A DNA stretch of 64,000 nt from Squalus acanthias (lineage: Eukaryota), in contig CM059432.1 in the NCBI GenBank assembly GCA_030390025.1, forward strand, positions 131,008,001-131,072,000. Reading direction: 5' to 3'. The translations under genes were made by a program, and so were the position numbers. Positions 26,798 to 39,890 of this stretch are shown in pieces. Below the pieces are notes generated by a model, which did no database searches, was not told where the DNA came from, and saw only the letters and a program-made list of their open reading frames with translations. Within the stretch, counting starts at the first letter, position 1; each line of letters opens with the position of its first letter.

Positions 26798-27264
26798 GGA
26801 AAAAGGAAAGGACTTGCATTTATATAGCACCATTCACGACCATAGGACCTCCCAAAGCACTTTACAGCCAATGAAGTACTTTTGACGTTTTAGTCACTGT
26901 TGTAATGTAAGGAAACACAGCAGTCAATTTGTGCACAGCAAGGTCTCACAAAACAGCAATGAGATACTTGACCAGATAATCTCTTTGTGATGTTGGATGA
27001 GGGATAAATATTGGCCAGCACTCTGGGAGAACTATCCTGCTCTTCTTCGCATACTGCCTTTGGGATCTTTTACACCCACCCGAGAGGGCAAGACTCTGTT
27101 TAATGTCTGATCCGAAAGACGGTGCCTCCGACAGTGGTGCACTCCCTCAATAATGCACTGAGATGTCAACGTGGAACATGTGCTCAGGTCTCTGGGGTAG
27201 GCCTTGAACCCACGACCTACTGACTCAGAGTCCAGAGTGCTACCGCTGAACTGTGGCTGACACC
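26798..27264 (-). mobile_element. tRNA-derived SINE (same family as 5681-6143)
   Basis: Reverse complement of head, body and tail. Confidence 0.85.
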
Positions 27265-27449
27265 GTATAGAAAAATAGCCATAACAAAATACAGTATAAG
27301 CCTGTTCTGCCATTTGTACAAGGACTGTCAAATATTCATCTCACCAGTTCATACTTTAAAAACTCCCTGAAGTACTTTGTACCAAAACAAATAAAATTGT
27401 TTTGAATAATAGAAATGCTGAGTGGCGAGGTTGAAAAGTTGATGCTGTA

Positions 27450-28154
27450 TAGTAAAGCCTCAATTATCTGCTATAATAGAGAAGACTTACTTTTCTCACC
27501 CCTACCCAATAATCAAAACAACAATGCCAATTGTTGCTCTAAACTTTGAATAATCCGTTTCTCCCACCCACCCCTCTCTGTCAGTTCTGCTGGCAAAATG
27601 ACCTGATCTTCCAGTTTACTGATGCTCCATGCACCTGTCCACAGCCCCAGTTGTCAAGCCTGCCCCAGACTCGGAGAGCCAGCCAGAAATTATCCTAGTG
27701 CCAGCCACTGAGGTGAGAATTAAAAGATAATGTGAGGTCACCCCAGCGATCCTGTCGGTAGCTTCTGCAGTGCTCTCAGCTGAGAGGGAGACTTCAAAAT
27801 TAGTACAGACCCTGCTTGTTTACGTGCACTCCTGCAGACGAGAATGCATTTGAACAGGCTGACTATATATTAATCTTCAAGCTGAGATTAGTGCTGCAGT
27901 AGCTGCAAATGTGATCGCTGGAGATGAGGACATACCTTTAGCGATTGCCTCCGTTCAAGGACGGGAGGGGTGACTTTGGCTGGCTCTCTTTGCTCTGTCA
28001 AAGGCAGGTGGGTGAGTTAGTTGCGAGGCAACAGATCAACTGTGCAGCACTAACTGCTCTTGCCAGCACGACAAATAGAGGGGAGTGCTGCTGAAAATTA
28101 CCACTCGCTTGTCCTTGCAGACAATTGAGAAGATGGATAATTGAGGTTCTACTG
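27450..28154. mobile_element. Old pogo/Tigger-like non-autonomous element
   Basis: TA|tagtaaagcctcaattatc ... gataattgaggttctactg|TA. Confidence 0.65.
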
Positions 28155-28974
28155 TATTGGCAAATGGCTGTTGCATTTTATTTACTAAGTCTCCACAAGG
28201 CAGAATTGGGTGTTAGATCAGAGGCAGATCACAATAGTGTGATGCACAATTTGAAATATTCACTTGTGATCTCCCTTTTATGTTAGGTGGGCACTTCACA
28301 GCTACTTTTAAGAAAATAACTTGAAACTAAACATCGCATACTAAATCAATAACAAACACACGAGTTTTGCTTTATTTAGTTAGGAAAAACTATGGACTAA
28401 GAGCATGCAACTGAATACCCAACCTTGAGAGGGGACCTGATAAATTCCATGTAATTAAGCATTGAACATCAATATTATAGAACTGTTTCTCATCTTGTTC
28501 CCCATACTAAATTCTTAGAATTTTGGAGAGTGCTTTCTCCCTTCCTCTTGTCCACCCCGCCCCCAAAGAAATTACACAAACTGCTCTTTACCTTCTCTAC
28601 ACACACTCCCATGTTTTGTAAATCACCATAGCACTTGAACTATCTTGACCCTAAATGTGGTCTGCTTTTAATTCAAACTGCTTAATTCACATTATCTGAT
28701 AATTCAAACTTTTTTTAAGCATAAAAATGATGTTTGATTGTAAGGAGTATAGTGTCAAAGGTCTGCGTAATGAGGAAAGATTGGAGAAATTTTGGGTAAA
28801 CTTGTACTTTTCAACCTTGAAAGAAGGCATCTTAGAGGTGTACAAGATGGTAAATGGTATAGAAAAGGTAATCTAGAAAATTTATTTTAATTGAATTGCA
28901 AGAGTAGGACAAAGGGACGGCTTCAAGCTAGTAAAAAGCAAATTCAGGATTGATATCAGGAAGTTCATCACTTC

Positions 28975-29495
28975 CGTAAACTTGAGGTCATCCAAATCTC
29001 TGGTGCACATGTCCTAACTCGTACCAAGTCCTGTTCACACATCACCCCTGAGCTCGCTGACCTACATAGGCACCCGGTTAAGCAACGCCTCGATTTAAAA
29101 ATTCTCATCCTTGTTTTCAAATCCTTCCATGGCCTCACCCCTCCCTATCTCTGTAATTTCCTCGAGCCCTTACAACCCTCTGAGATATCCGTGCTCCTCC
29201 AATTCCGGCCTCTTGAGCATCCCCGATTTTAATCACTCCACATTGGTGGCCGTGCCTTCAGCTGCCAAGGCCCTCAGCTCTGGAATTCCCTCCCTAAACC
29301 TCTCCGCCTCTCTACCTCTCCTCCTTTAAGACGCTTCTTAAAACCTACCTCTTTGACCAAGATTTTGGTCATCTGTCCTAATATCTCCTTATGTGGCTCG
29401 GTGTCACATTTTGTTTTATAACGCTCCAGTGAAGCACCTTGGGACGTTTTATTACGTTAAAGATGCTATATAAATACAAGTTGTTGTTGTTGTTG
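28975..29495 (+). mobile_element. L2 LINE 3' fragment with (GTT)n tail, inside an old CR1 3' fragment
   Basis: catcacccctgagctcgctgacctaca...cttcttaaaacctacctctttgaccaag...gctatataaatacaagttgttgtt. Confidence 0.82.
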
Positions 29496-29895
29496 TAAAG
29501 AGTTACCAATACATAGCATCTACACTTCCGGGTAGAATCATGGAGGCAGAAACCCTGAAATCATTTAAGAAACAATTGGATTCTGCCATGCGTAGACTTT
29601 AGGGTCTGGATGGATGAACTAATATGGGGTGAATGGCTTTCCTTATTTATAATTATCTCGTGCTCTTCTGAGAGATGTGAAGTGTACCATTTCCCCGTTA
29701 AATGCAAAATGAAACCAAATATCTTTTCAAATCAAATCATGTGGAACAGTAACACTTCAGCTTCTGTAGTTTAATCACGAGACCCTGCTATTTGTCAACA
29801 TCCACTATGACACCCACATACAGCAAAAATATTAAAACTGCCCACACAAACTTTACCTAGTGCCCATCAAAGATTTGATGTTGACAAACTGCCCT

Positions 29896-30703
29896 AGGCT
29901 TGATTTCATGGTTTATTTTCATTTGAATCCCTTGCTGATTCTGCCCAGTAACACATGGGGCCAGGCGCCATTTGTTCAACTTGCCCTTGCCCGTTTAATT
30001 TCCATGAGCTTTTGCATGGCAAGTTGCTGTTAGCGGAAGATTGAAATGGCGCAGCACCCTCTGCAGGGCATCTGGGGCCTGTGAACTGGGTAAGCAACTG
30101 TGTATCTTCTTAACCACTCGGATTGAAGAATTGTTAATGAACAGTGCAGAATCCGAACCAGGAATAGGTTAGAATAGCGAATTCAGTGTCAAATCAGGTA
30201 CTGAAAGCGAAATAAAGAGAAGGAAAGAAAGATTGGATTAAGAGAGGGAAAAAATAGACAAAGAAAAAGTAAAAAATATTGTAATTTAAATTATTTTTTA
30301 AAAATCCCCAACAATTAAAAGCTGAAGGAATGAGACTCCATACTTGTAAAAGTTAATTTTCAGTGCTAGAGAGGGTGTTTGGCAGTTATTAAGACTTATC
30401 ACGCCGTTAAAAAAGGTACTTGGACTGAAATGGACAAGCCCTAACTTTCTCTGGCGATTTTAGTCCGTATCTACGACGTTCGTACAGGAACCTCACGCCA
30501 TTCAATGGATTTGAATGGAGAGCCAGACAGCGAGATGGCGTTTTCACACAGCTTATGGCGGAGCGGCACATCTTGGACAGCAACTTCCGGATTTTCGCGT
30601 TTAATTTTCACATCTGTGCTTGCCTGAAGTTACTGTCTGATTTACACACCCATAATGGTGAGCGCCGTTAGCCTCACTGTTATTTTTGCAGTAAATTGTG
30701 GCT
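29896..30703. mobile_element. Harbinger-type MITE (family A relative, older)
   Basis: Shares gaaagaaagattggattaagaga, gactcca and the gttattttt.cag.aaatt.tggc end with 9154-10768; left boundary uncertain. Confidence 0.65.
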
Positions 30704-31119
30704 GTTTTGTCTATTTAAAAAAAACCTGTGCCTCTGCTCCAGCCTAAGAAGAATACCCCTCGCTGTATCAATTTGACAGTTTTCCATTTCGCACAGCAAT
30801 GGCCTCAGTGAAACTGCTAATTTTGTGTTGTGGGTCTGTGCCCCTAGAAACTGGATTGAGACTGTCTATACACATTTCACGTTGACAGACAAAGGAGAAT
30901 TTCATCCCATCAGTCTGGGCTGGTTTTGATACTAGGTCTCAGAGGTCAAACACCAGTATCAAAGCCACTGTAATGTCTCAGTAATAATTCATTTTTAAAA
31001 ATGGCTAATTTTAACATGCTTAACTCTCACTTTTCAATAACCAGTCTGTATGAGAGAAGTGTGGGGTTAGTAGCGACTGAGCAGGAAACTAAGTAGCAAG
31101 ATATCATTGTGGAAGATCC

Positions 31120-32850
31120 CACTGGAAGTCCATATAGACAACATCCATAGACACACTCCTATCCATGCTAGTGACCTCCTCAAAAAAGTCAAATATATTA
31201 GTCAGACATATTCTACCCTTCACAAATCCATGCTGACTCTCTTTGATCAGCTCATGCTTGTCCAAGTGCTCAATCACTCTGTCTCTGGTAGATTCCAGTA
31301 ACTTCCCCATAATTGATGTTAAATTGAAGGGCCTGTAGTTACCCGGGTTCTCTCTTCCCTTCTCTCATGATGGAGTAACATTTGCAATCTTCCAATCCAA
31401 AGGCGCAATTCCTAAATGTGGACAGCTTTGGAAAATTATGACTAACTCATCTGCAATTTCCTCACCTAATTCTTTTAACACTCTTGGGATGGAAACCATC
31501 AGGTCTTGGGAGATGTGTCTATTTTAAGTCCCATTGGGGGAGAAATTTGGTATCGCCCCGTTTGGGGCGCAATTATCGACCAGGCGCAACGTTTAGTGCC
31601 TGACGCTAATTATCGCCTCCGACTGCAAACTTGGCTTCTATCGCCCCTGGAGGTGATTGGAGCGCTAAATCGGGCGCTACACACCTCTCGAGGCGCTAAT
31701 GCCGAGGAGCGAGGCACTACCTCAGAGCGCTGGCGAAGCTCATGTGATATCCGTCAGCAATGGAACACAGACACACTGGCGCCAGCCACTTCTTAAAGGG
31801 GAGGGTCGATCTTCCTCTCCATCCACACCCTGCTCATTGCAGCCTTGAATCTCGGCCTAGAGAGACCTGTACATCAAATCTGCTGGAAAGAACAATGGAG
31901 AGGCCCAGGGAAAGAGCTCAGAGTGCAGCCCCCATAGTCTCTTCTAAATCGATGCAAGGAAGGTCAAATCAAAATGAACCTGCAAAGTGCTGCTCAGTAC
32001 CCAAAACTCCTTCACACACTGTTGATTCTCTCCAGAAGTCTCTCTGTCAATGCGTGGTGCAAAAATGTCACTGACAAAAAAGGCAGGAAACGGTTGCCTT
32101 TAAATAGTGCTCCCCCAGTCCCTTCCCGCCTGCAAAACGCTCCCCTCAACCTGTCGTTGCTAGCAGCAGGCGGTAAGGCAGGGGGCACCACTCAATATCC
32201 GGTCCGGGGCACTACCGGGGCGTTGCACGCTCGACTGATGTCACGATCTGCGGGCGCAGGAGATCGTGGTGGTAGTGTTTAGCGCCGCTGCAAAATGTCT
32301 GGTCAATTTGCGAGCGGCGCAAACATCGCCGCGCCCGGGCGTTAGTTGCTTTGCACCCCATTAGCGCCCTCTTAGAGCGCTAACAGGAGGCGCAACGCAA
32401 CCGAATTTTTCCCCCATTATTTCCTCATTACTAATTTTTTAATGATATTAAATCCACTAAGTTCCTTCCCTTCATTTGTATTTAGGTCCCCTTGAACTGC
32501 TGGTATTTTGTCCTCTTTCTCCACTATGAAAACAGATGCAAAGTACTCATTTAGTAAATCTGCCACTTCCTTATTGTCCATTATAGTCTCGCCTGCAACT
32601 GTCTTTAATGAACCCACATTCCCCTTTACCACTCAATTTCTCTTAATATATTTATAAAAACTTATATTGTTAGCGTTGACATTCCTTGCAAGATTTTTTT
32701 AATGTATTCCCTTTTTGCATCTCATTACTTTCTTTGTATCCCTTTGTTACTTTTTATAGCTCTCTGTCTGTTTGATTTCAACTTTTCCTCCATTTGTGTA
32801 TGCCTTTTCTCTTTGCTTGATACTGTCACCTCAATTGTTGACCACGGTTG
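31120..32850 (-). mobile_element. CR1 LINE ORF2 fragment split by family B element
   Basis: ESQHGFVKGRICLTN; VADLLNEYFASVF. Confidence 0.85.
31536..32415 (-). mobile_element. Non-autonomous Harbinger derivative (family B), copy 2
   Basis: ATT|gggggagaaatt ... aatttttccccc|ATT (3-bp TSD); inverse of 9705-10576. Confidence 0.88.
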
Positions 32851-32859
32851 TTTAACCCA

Positions 32860-33636
32860 GTGGAGCCTTTACCGTCATAGATACCAGTGTCCAACCCATT
32901 CGGTTCACTCCACATGATATTAAGACGCGGCTGAATGCACTGTATAGAACAAAGGTTATTAGCCGTGAAAACATCCTATCTGTAGTGCTAAAGATCTATG
33001 CACCAGAGCTAACCACTCCCATAGCCAAGCTATCCTGGTGCGACTATGACACTGGCATCTACCTGATAACTTGAAAGATTGTCTAAGTGTGTCCTGTCCA
33101 CAAAAGATGGGATAAATCTAACCCAGCCAATTATTAGCCTCTCCAGTAATCGGCAAAATAATGGAAGGAGTCATCTACAGTGCCATCAAGCGACACCTAC
33201 TCACCAAGAACCTGCTCGCTGATGCTCAGTTCAAATTTTGCCAGAAGCACTCTACCTCATCACAACCTTATTCCAGATATAGACATAAGAGCTGAATATC
33301 AGAGGAGAGATGAGAGTAGTTGCCCTTGATATCAAAGTACCATTCATAGTAAAACTGCGATCACTGAGGGTCAAAGAGAAAACCCTCCATGGCTGAAGTA
33401 ATGCCTGGCACAAAGGAAGTTGATTGTAATTGTTGGAGGCCAATTGTCACAGCCCCAGGATCTCGCTGCAGGAATTCTTCAGGGAAGCATTCTTGAACCA
33501 ACCATCTTCAGTTGCTTCATCAATGAAATTCTCTCTTAGGTGGGGCTGTTCACTGAAACTTCCAGTGTTCAGCTCCAATTAAAGCTCCTCTGATACCAGC
33601 CTACAGCAGGACCTGGATAGCATCCATGCTTGGGCT
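32860..33636 (+). mobile_element. Degenerate RT fragment of the LINE family seen at 54134-56863
   Basis: ccattcggttcactccacatgatattaag, gtcctgtccacaaaa and cccaggatctcgctgcagga match the reverse complement of ~54930-55740. Confidence 0.75.
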
Positions 33637-35215
33637 GGTGTTGCTATGGGAACCCGCATGGGTCCTAGCTATGCCTGCCTTTTCGTGGGATATGTGGAAC
33701 ACTCTTTGTTCCAGTCCTACTCAGGTCCCCTCCCTCACCTTTTTTTCCGGTACATTGATGACTGTATTGGTGCCGTTTCCTGCTCTCGTCCTGAACTAGA
33801 AAATTTCATTCACTTTGCTTCCAATTTCCACCCTTCCCTCACCTTCACATGGTGCATCTCCGACTCTTCCCTTCCCTTCCTCAACTTCTCTGTCTCCATC
33901 TCTGGGGATAAGCTATTGACAAACATTCACTATAAGCCCACTGACTCCCACAGCTACCTGGACTACACTTCCTCCCACCCCGCTTCCTGTAAGGACTCTA
34001 TTCCATTCTCCCAGTTTCTCCGTCTCCGCCGTATCTGCTCTGACGATGCCACCTTCCATACTAGTGCTTCCGACATGTCTTCCTTTTTCCTCAACCGAGG
34101 ATTCCCCTCTACTGTGGTTGACATGGCCCATGACCACGTCCGTTCTATTTCCTACACTTCTGCTCTCACCCCTTCCCCTCCCTCCCGGAACCATGATAGG
34201 ATTCCCCTTGTCCTCACCTTTCACCCCACCAGCCTCCACATTCAACGAATCATCCTCTGCCATTTCTGCCACCTCCAGCGTGATCCCACTACCAAACACA
34301 TCTTCCCCTCACTTACCCTTTCAGCATTCCGAAGGGACCGCTCCCTCCGCGACACCCTGGTCCACTCCTCTATCACCCCCAACACCCCTTCGCGTGCAAG
34401 CGCAGGAGATGCAACACATGCCCTTTTACCTCCTCCCTTCCCACTGTCCAGGGCCTCAAACACTCCTTCCAGGTGAAACAGCGATTTACTTGTACTTCTT
34501 GGAATTTAGTATACTGTATTCGCTGCTCATGATGCGGTCTCCTCTACATGGGGGAGACCAAACTTGGGTGACCGCTTTGCGGAACACCTCCGTTCAGTCT
34601 GTAAGAGTGACCCCGAGCTTCCGGTCGTCTGTCACTTTAATTCTCTGCTCCACTCCCACTCTGCCCTCTCCGTCCTTGGCCTCTTACACTGTTCCAATGA
34701 AGCTCAACGTAAGCTAGAGGAACAGCACCTCATCTTTCGATTAGGCACTTTACAGTCTTCTGGACTCAACATAGAGTTCAACAATTTCAGACCATAACCT
34801 CTGCCCCTATCTTTCTTTTCTCTTTTTTTCTTCTCTGTCTCGCATGGCAGCTGTCGATCATTCTGCCATTGCCATTTACACTTCATCTAGAGTCATCTTT
34901 TGTTTCTTAACTTGTTCCATTACCAGCTCCTCTTGCCTTGCACCATCATCTCTTTTGTCTCTTAATCTCTCCTGCCTTCCATCCTATCACAGACCTTTCC
35001 TTTTGTTCTTTCCTCCCCTCCCCCCTTTCCCTGCCCCTACACTTGCTTAAAAACCTGTTACATCTCCAACTTTTTCCAGTTCTGACGAAGGGTCATCGAC
35101 CTGAAATGTTAACTCTGTTTCTCTCTCCACAGATGCTGCCTGACCTGCTGAGTATTTCCAGCATTTTCTGTTTTTATTTCAGATTTCCAACATCCACAGT
35201 ATTTTGCTTTTGTAT
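33637..35215 (+). mobile_element. Penelope-like retroelement, 5'-truncated: RT plus GIY-YIG endonuclease and 3' terminus
   Basis: MGTRMGPSYACLFVG...FFRYIDDCIG...YKPTDSHSYLDYTSSHP; NLVYCIRC...LYMGET, DRFAEHLRSV, EQHLIFRLGTL...GLN; frameshifted. Confidence 0.93.
35078..35114 (+). ncRNA. Minimal type I hammerhead ribozyme motif at the Penelope terminus
   Basis: agtt CTGACGA agggtc atc gacct GAAA tgtt aact: core boxes, helix II, and helix I agtt/aact. Confidence 0.65.
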
Positions 35216-35534
35216 TCATTATTATATGTTTGGCTTCTAGATGTTCTTCTATTTTCTCCTTCAGTGGGGATTCCATTATTTTTCCTACCACAGATGTTAA
35301 GCTGACTGGTCTGTAGTTCCCTGGACATGTTCTATCTCCCTTCCTAAATATAGGTATTAAATATAGATATCCTGAGAACAGTTTAAAAGAAAAATTGTAA
35401 AGTTGGCTGCTGCTAATGTGGCTAATCATCAAATAAATCTGTTGTTGTATGACAGATTTATGCAAGTATTAAAATCAGTGAACAACATATTAGCCATAAG
35501 ATGGCACTATCTTCTAAACCAGTCATTATATTCG

Positions 35535-35790
35535 GAACATAGGAACAGGAGTAGGCCATTTAGCCCTTTGTCTGTTCCGCCATTCAATGAGATCATGGCT
35601 GATCTGTGGCCTATCTCCATAAACCTGCCTTTGCCCCATATCTCTTAATATCTTTGTTTAACAATTTTATCAATCTCAGATTTAAAATTAACAATTGACC
35701 CAGCGTCAACTGCCGTTTACAGAAGAGAGTTCCAAACTCCTACCACCCTTTGCGTGTTTCCTAACTGCACTCCTAAAAGGCCTGGCTCTC
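35535..35790 (-). mobile_element. CR1 3' end fragment
   Basis: aacataggaacaggagtaggccatt...gagatcatggctgatc; RVVGVWNSL on the minus strand. Confidence 0.8.
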
Positions 35791-35956
35791 TCTCTTTAGG
35801 AAGCACTAAAACTCGAGCTGCTATTAATTTATAATGTGTTGAGTGATTTGGACTAGTATTGGCGCACTGGACACTGTCATCACTTTTAGAAGTGACACAA
35901 TATAAATATGTCACTTCTTTAAAAAAAAAAAAATGTAATTACTATTTCGCTCTTAG

Positions 35957-36064
35957 GAGGAAGAAATGTCGATGCTGGGAGAAGTAACCCATCTGCAAAC
36001 TATTGCAGATGACCTGACTAATCTGACGATGGATCCTCACAAACTGCCGACAGCCAGTGAGCAG
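35957..36064 (+). CDS. MTSS1: MTSS1 coding exon (EEEMSMLGEVTHLQTIADDLTNLTMDPHKLPTASEQ), end of IMD
   Basis: tcttag|GAG...CAG|gtcagt; 108 nt, phase 0/0; translated by hand. Confidence 0.96.
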
Positions 36065-36385
36065 GTCAGTGAGTCAGCAGCCCATGAAATGATGGACTTC
36101 AATTTAACAGAAAATCTCTATCGGCTTAATTGTGCTTCATGAAAGATAATTTAAGAAGTCATCACTTGCGTGATTTAAATATTTTCAGAAGCTTCATGTG
36201 TAAGTAACATCCTGTAATGGTAATTCTGTGTTTTTGTCACTCTGTGTACAGCAATGTTGAAATGAACAGGGTTAAACTCCAAGTTTCCTACCTATGTTGT
36301 AAAATCTATAATTTACAATTTAACTAAAGTAATTTTTGAAGTGTAATTTTTTTTTAAGGTGTCAATTTTATGATTTTTATTCCAG

Positions 36386-36483
36386 GTAATTATTGACCTG
36401 AAGGGCTCTGATTATAACTGGACATACCAAACCCCTCCATCTTCTCCAAGCACCACCATGTCCAGGAAGTCCAGTGTCTGCAG
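36386..36483 (+). CDS. MTSS1: MTSS1 coding exon (VIIDLKGSDYNWTYQTPPSSPSTTMSRKSSVCS)
   Basis: ttccag|GTA...TGC AG|gtatgt; 98 nt. Confidence 0.96.
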
Positions 36484-38546
36484 GTATGTGAATGTACAGA
36501 CTGTACCAGCTGTACCCATGCAGGGTAATTTTTACAGCATAGATTAAGGGATAGTTTCAAAATTTGCTGAGTTTGATGCCTGACTTGTATTGTATTGCCG
36601 AGGTCAATTTTGTACCTGCATTTTCCCCTTGAGTTTGGTTTGTTTTCACGGTGAAAGAGAGGCATGTCTCCTGTTTAAATTAAATGTAAACAAAGTGTGT
36701 TGGTATTTTGTAATAGCTACAACATTTAAAAACAATTTATATGTTTAAAAACATTGAATTGTGTAGAAAGACAATTGCAGCCACTGATTAGATTAGAGAG
36801 TGTCCACCACAGATTAGACTTTTTTTTGTGTAGCATATAGCTGCCCACTATGCCTCTGAAAGAGCTATCCACTCGGTCCCATTTCTCTACCCTTTCCCTA
36901 TTAAATATTTATTTTTCACTTACATGAAAAGCCAACTCTGTTGTCAATGGTGTTTCATGATAAATCACTACAGGAGTAACATCCTGTACTGTACTTTCCT
37001 GTTCGTCTTTTTACTAATCTGGATTAGCATTCTAAATGAAGTTTCATCTCCTGTCATTCCAGGCCCTGAATTTTATGCAGAGAATTACAGTTAGTTAATT
37101 GTTCATTCTTGTAAGCCATTTAATTAAGGGTGTAACTAACCTCCAAGCTCCCTCCATGAGTTTCAGACATTGAACATTCTGTTTGCGATCCATTCTGATC
37201 CAATTAGAATAGTTTATTTACTGCTTGTTTCTTTTGGAGTAAATTCAAATTATATCTAACTTTCTAAAAACCTAGGAATTCATTTAAGTCCCATGTGCAG
37301 TGTCTAGGAATCCAAAATTATATAAATCTAGAGAAAAGTTGGTGGACGTACTTTGTCCCAATTGTTTTTACTGGGTTTTTAACTGCACCGTATAAATATT
37401 TAATGATGAAATCATGTATTGGTGACATCTAATGGTAAAGCATCAATATTGCGCATTTATATTTTTCATTGTATAGGGGCAGGTTGTTCAGTATGGACAC
37501 CATTTTTATTATGTTACGGATTTCCAATCGAAATGTTGCCTATTGATTGACCATTTGGTAGCTTCTTACTTTTTAGTTTGCTAAATTGTGACCTCAACAC
37601 ACTCGATCTGATCTCCCTCACCCCCAGTAAGGACTATTGTAGCCACAGTTTCCAGGCTTCAGCTGCACAGGGCAGTAAAGAGTCAAAGTTAAAAGCAATG
37701 GCTTTGCTGGATCACTGATTTCAACTTAAGATTTATGGTAAAACCAGCAGCAACATGAGGTTCAGTAATTTTGAATATCTGTGTGTAAACATTTTACAGA
37801 ACGTGTTGTCTTTTTTTTTTATTCCCAGAGTTCATTTTTGCAGTTGACTTCACTTGAGCTGTTGAATACTGAAATGTCCCACTGCAGCTTTTAAATTCTA
37901 TTGTTTTCTATCTCCTAATATCCAAAATATATATTTTGTATTTTTAAATATAATGTAATAAAATTAGTGAATTGTAAAACTACAGAACATTTAGAAAATT
38001 AAGCTTAAAAAATAATATTTTTTGGTGCAAAGGGCCAAATACCAAAGTATTTTATATTTGATGCAGAAGAATAAATGTTTCCCAGTGTGATAGTCTACCT
38101 TCCTGTCCTGTGTCTGACTGGTTGTGTTGATCATCGTTGGAAAAAGCTCCCATTCTCTGTGACATATAGTAGCTGATGGCATGCTGTGTTTGCATTCATG
38201 TCATAATATTCACTTTTATTTTTGCTCTGAACAAGAAAAAAGTTTGCGAAGTGCATTGCTGTCTTTAGTTTATTGGGCGGACACATTTCTAGTTTGCGCT
38301 AACACATAACATTGTCAAAGAAATACTGTTGTAGGCTGAAGGAACCAGCTGGCATGCCAGGTGTAGTGAATGCCCAACAATTTGCTTTTTCTTTCTGCAC
38401 CAATGGCACAGTTCCTATTTATTTTACTTTCTTGATGTGTTTTTTGTGGCTTAACAGTGAATGGCTGTTGCTTCTGATATGTGGAGCCTGGGTGTTTAAT
38501 TGTACATGGTCTTCCCCCTTCCTGTCCTCCCTTTTGTCTCTCTTAG

Positions 38547-38757
38547 CAGTCTGAACAGCGTTAACAGTAGTGACTCCAGATCCAGTGGATCCCACTCTCA
38601 CTCACCCACTTCACACTATCGCTACCGCAGCTCCAACCAGCCCCAACAGGTTCCAATGAGGCTGTCCAGTGTATCATCCCATGACTCTGGCTTCATGTCC
38701 CAGGATGCATTCCAGTCAAAGTCCCCTTCCCCAATGCCACCAGAAGGAACCAACCAG
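38547..38757 (+). CDS. MTSS1: MTSS1 serine-rich exon (SLNSVNSSDSRSSGSHSHSP...SPMPPEGTNQ)
   Basis: tcttag|CAGTCTG...CAG|gtacgt; 211 nt; inside ORF 38500..38823. Confidence 0.96.
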
Positions 38758-39774
38758 GTACGTGAAATTGCATGCAAGGTCAACTCCCTGAGATGTGCAG
38801 TGTTAGGTTATGTAAAAACCTAGAATTACAGTCTATACTAACACAATACTGTAAACCCAAATGAATCCTTTGAGGGCTGCAGTTACATTTCTCAACCAGA
38901 ATGAAACATAACCATGTAAAAATATTTCAGATCAATCAAAAAAATTAAATTCTATAAATTTCTCAAACCCTAAAATGTAATTGACCATGAGAAGCTTGAA
39001 GCAATATTAAATGATTTAAAAAAAAAAAAAAATTGGTTATAGTTTAAAATCTGCGAAGTACCCTCTGCACTCAAAGTATTAAAGCTTGTCTTATGCTACT
39101 AGTGTTTTAAAAATAGATATGTTTTGGAAGTATGGCAGAAAAAACATTTAATAAATGAAAGGAGAGTTGTACCATATGAAGTCAATACAAGTTTTTTATG
39201 TGAATGGTGCTGTTCGTTCCTTGCAATTATTTGTGGCAGTTAAGCAGCGAGACTGAACAGGGCCGTCTAAGAAAAATTAAACTTTGGTAATGATCTCAGT
39301 CCTAAATTATATATAGCTTGATAAAAGCTCAACAGTGAGATTCTAGGAAGAAAAATTGTCTGTCCCTATTGTCATCCCATTCTTGTGTCTGGTTAATTGC
39401 TGTAATATAAATCTCGAACCATTGCCAAGAACTCTGCTTCAAAACATTATTCAGTGCAAACATATGTCCATAAGTTTCCAGTTCATTAATTTAGCTGATG
39501 TAGCGTTCAGCTGTTTCACCCATTTAAAGCACTTCACCACATAATCCTTTGGGTATTTAATGCCATTCAAGTTGTTAAAAATTTTAACTAATTTGCTTGC
39601 AATGGTGTAGTAGTGACATTAGATGTAGCATTTATACTACTCCAAAAATTAACATTTATCTTTTTTAAAGACTTTTAAAATCTTTTTTTAAGACAGAAAC
39701 TTGTGTTGCAGTGAGCTCTTGTCTGTTTTAATACTGTATTTTAAATTTTGATTGTCATAGTCATAAGCATCGGT

Positions 39775-39890
39775 ATAGAGTATATAGTGCCTTTCACAAC
39801 CTCAGGACATCCCAAAGCGCTTCACAACCAATGAAGTACTTTTGAAGTGTAATCACTGTTGTTATGTAGGAGACACGGTAGCTAATTGGT
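39775..39890 (-). mobile_element. SINE 3' fragment
   Basis: tatatagtgcctttcacaacctcaggacatcccaaagcgcttcacaaccaatgaagtac. Confidence 0.75.

Noticed and set aside
34046..34717. 223-aa Pro/Ser-rich ORF
   Set aside because: Alternate frame of the Penelope element; C-rich composition suppresses stops.
38225..38500. Additional micro-exons upstream of exon 38547
   Set aside because: Candidate AG/GT pairs have weak donors or break the frame.
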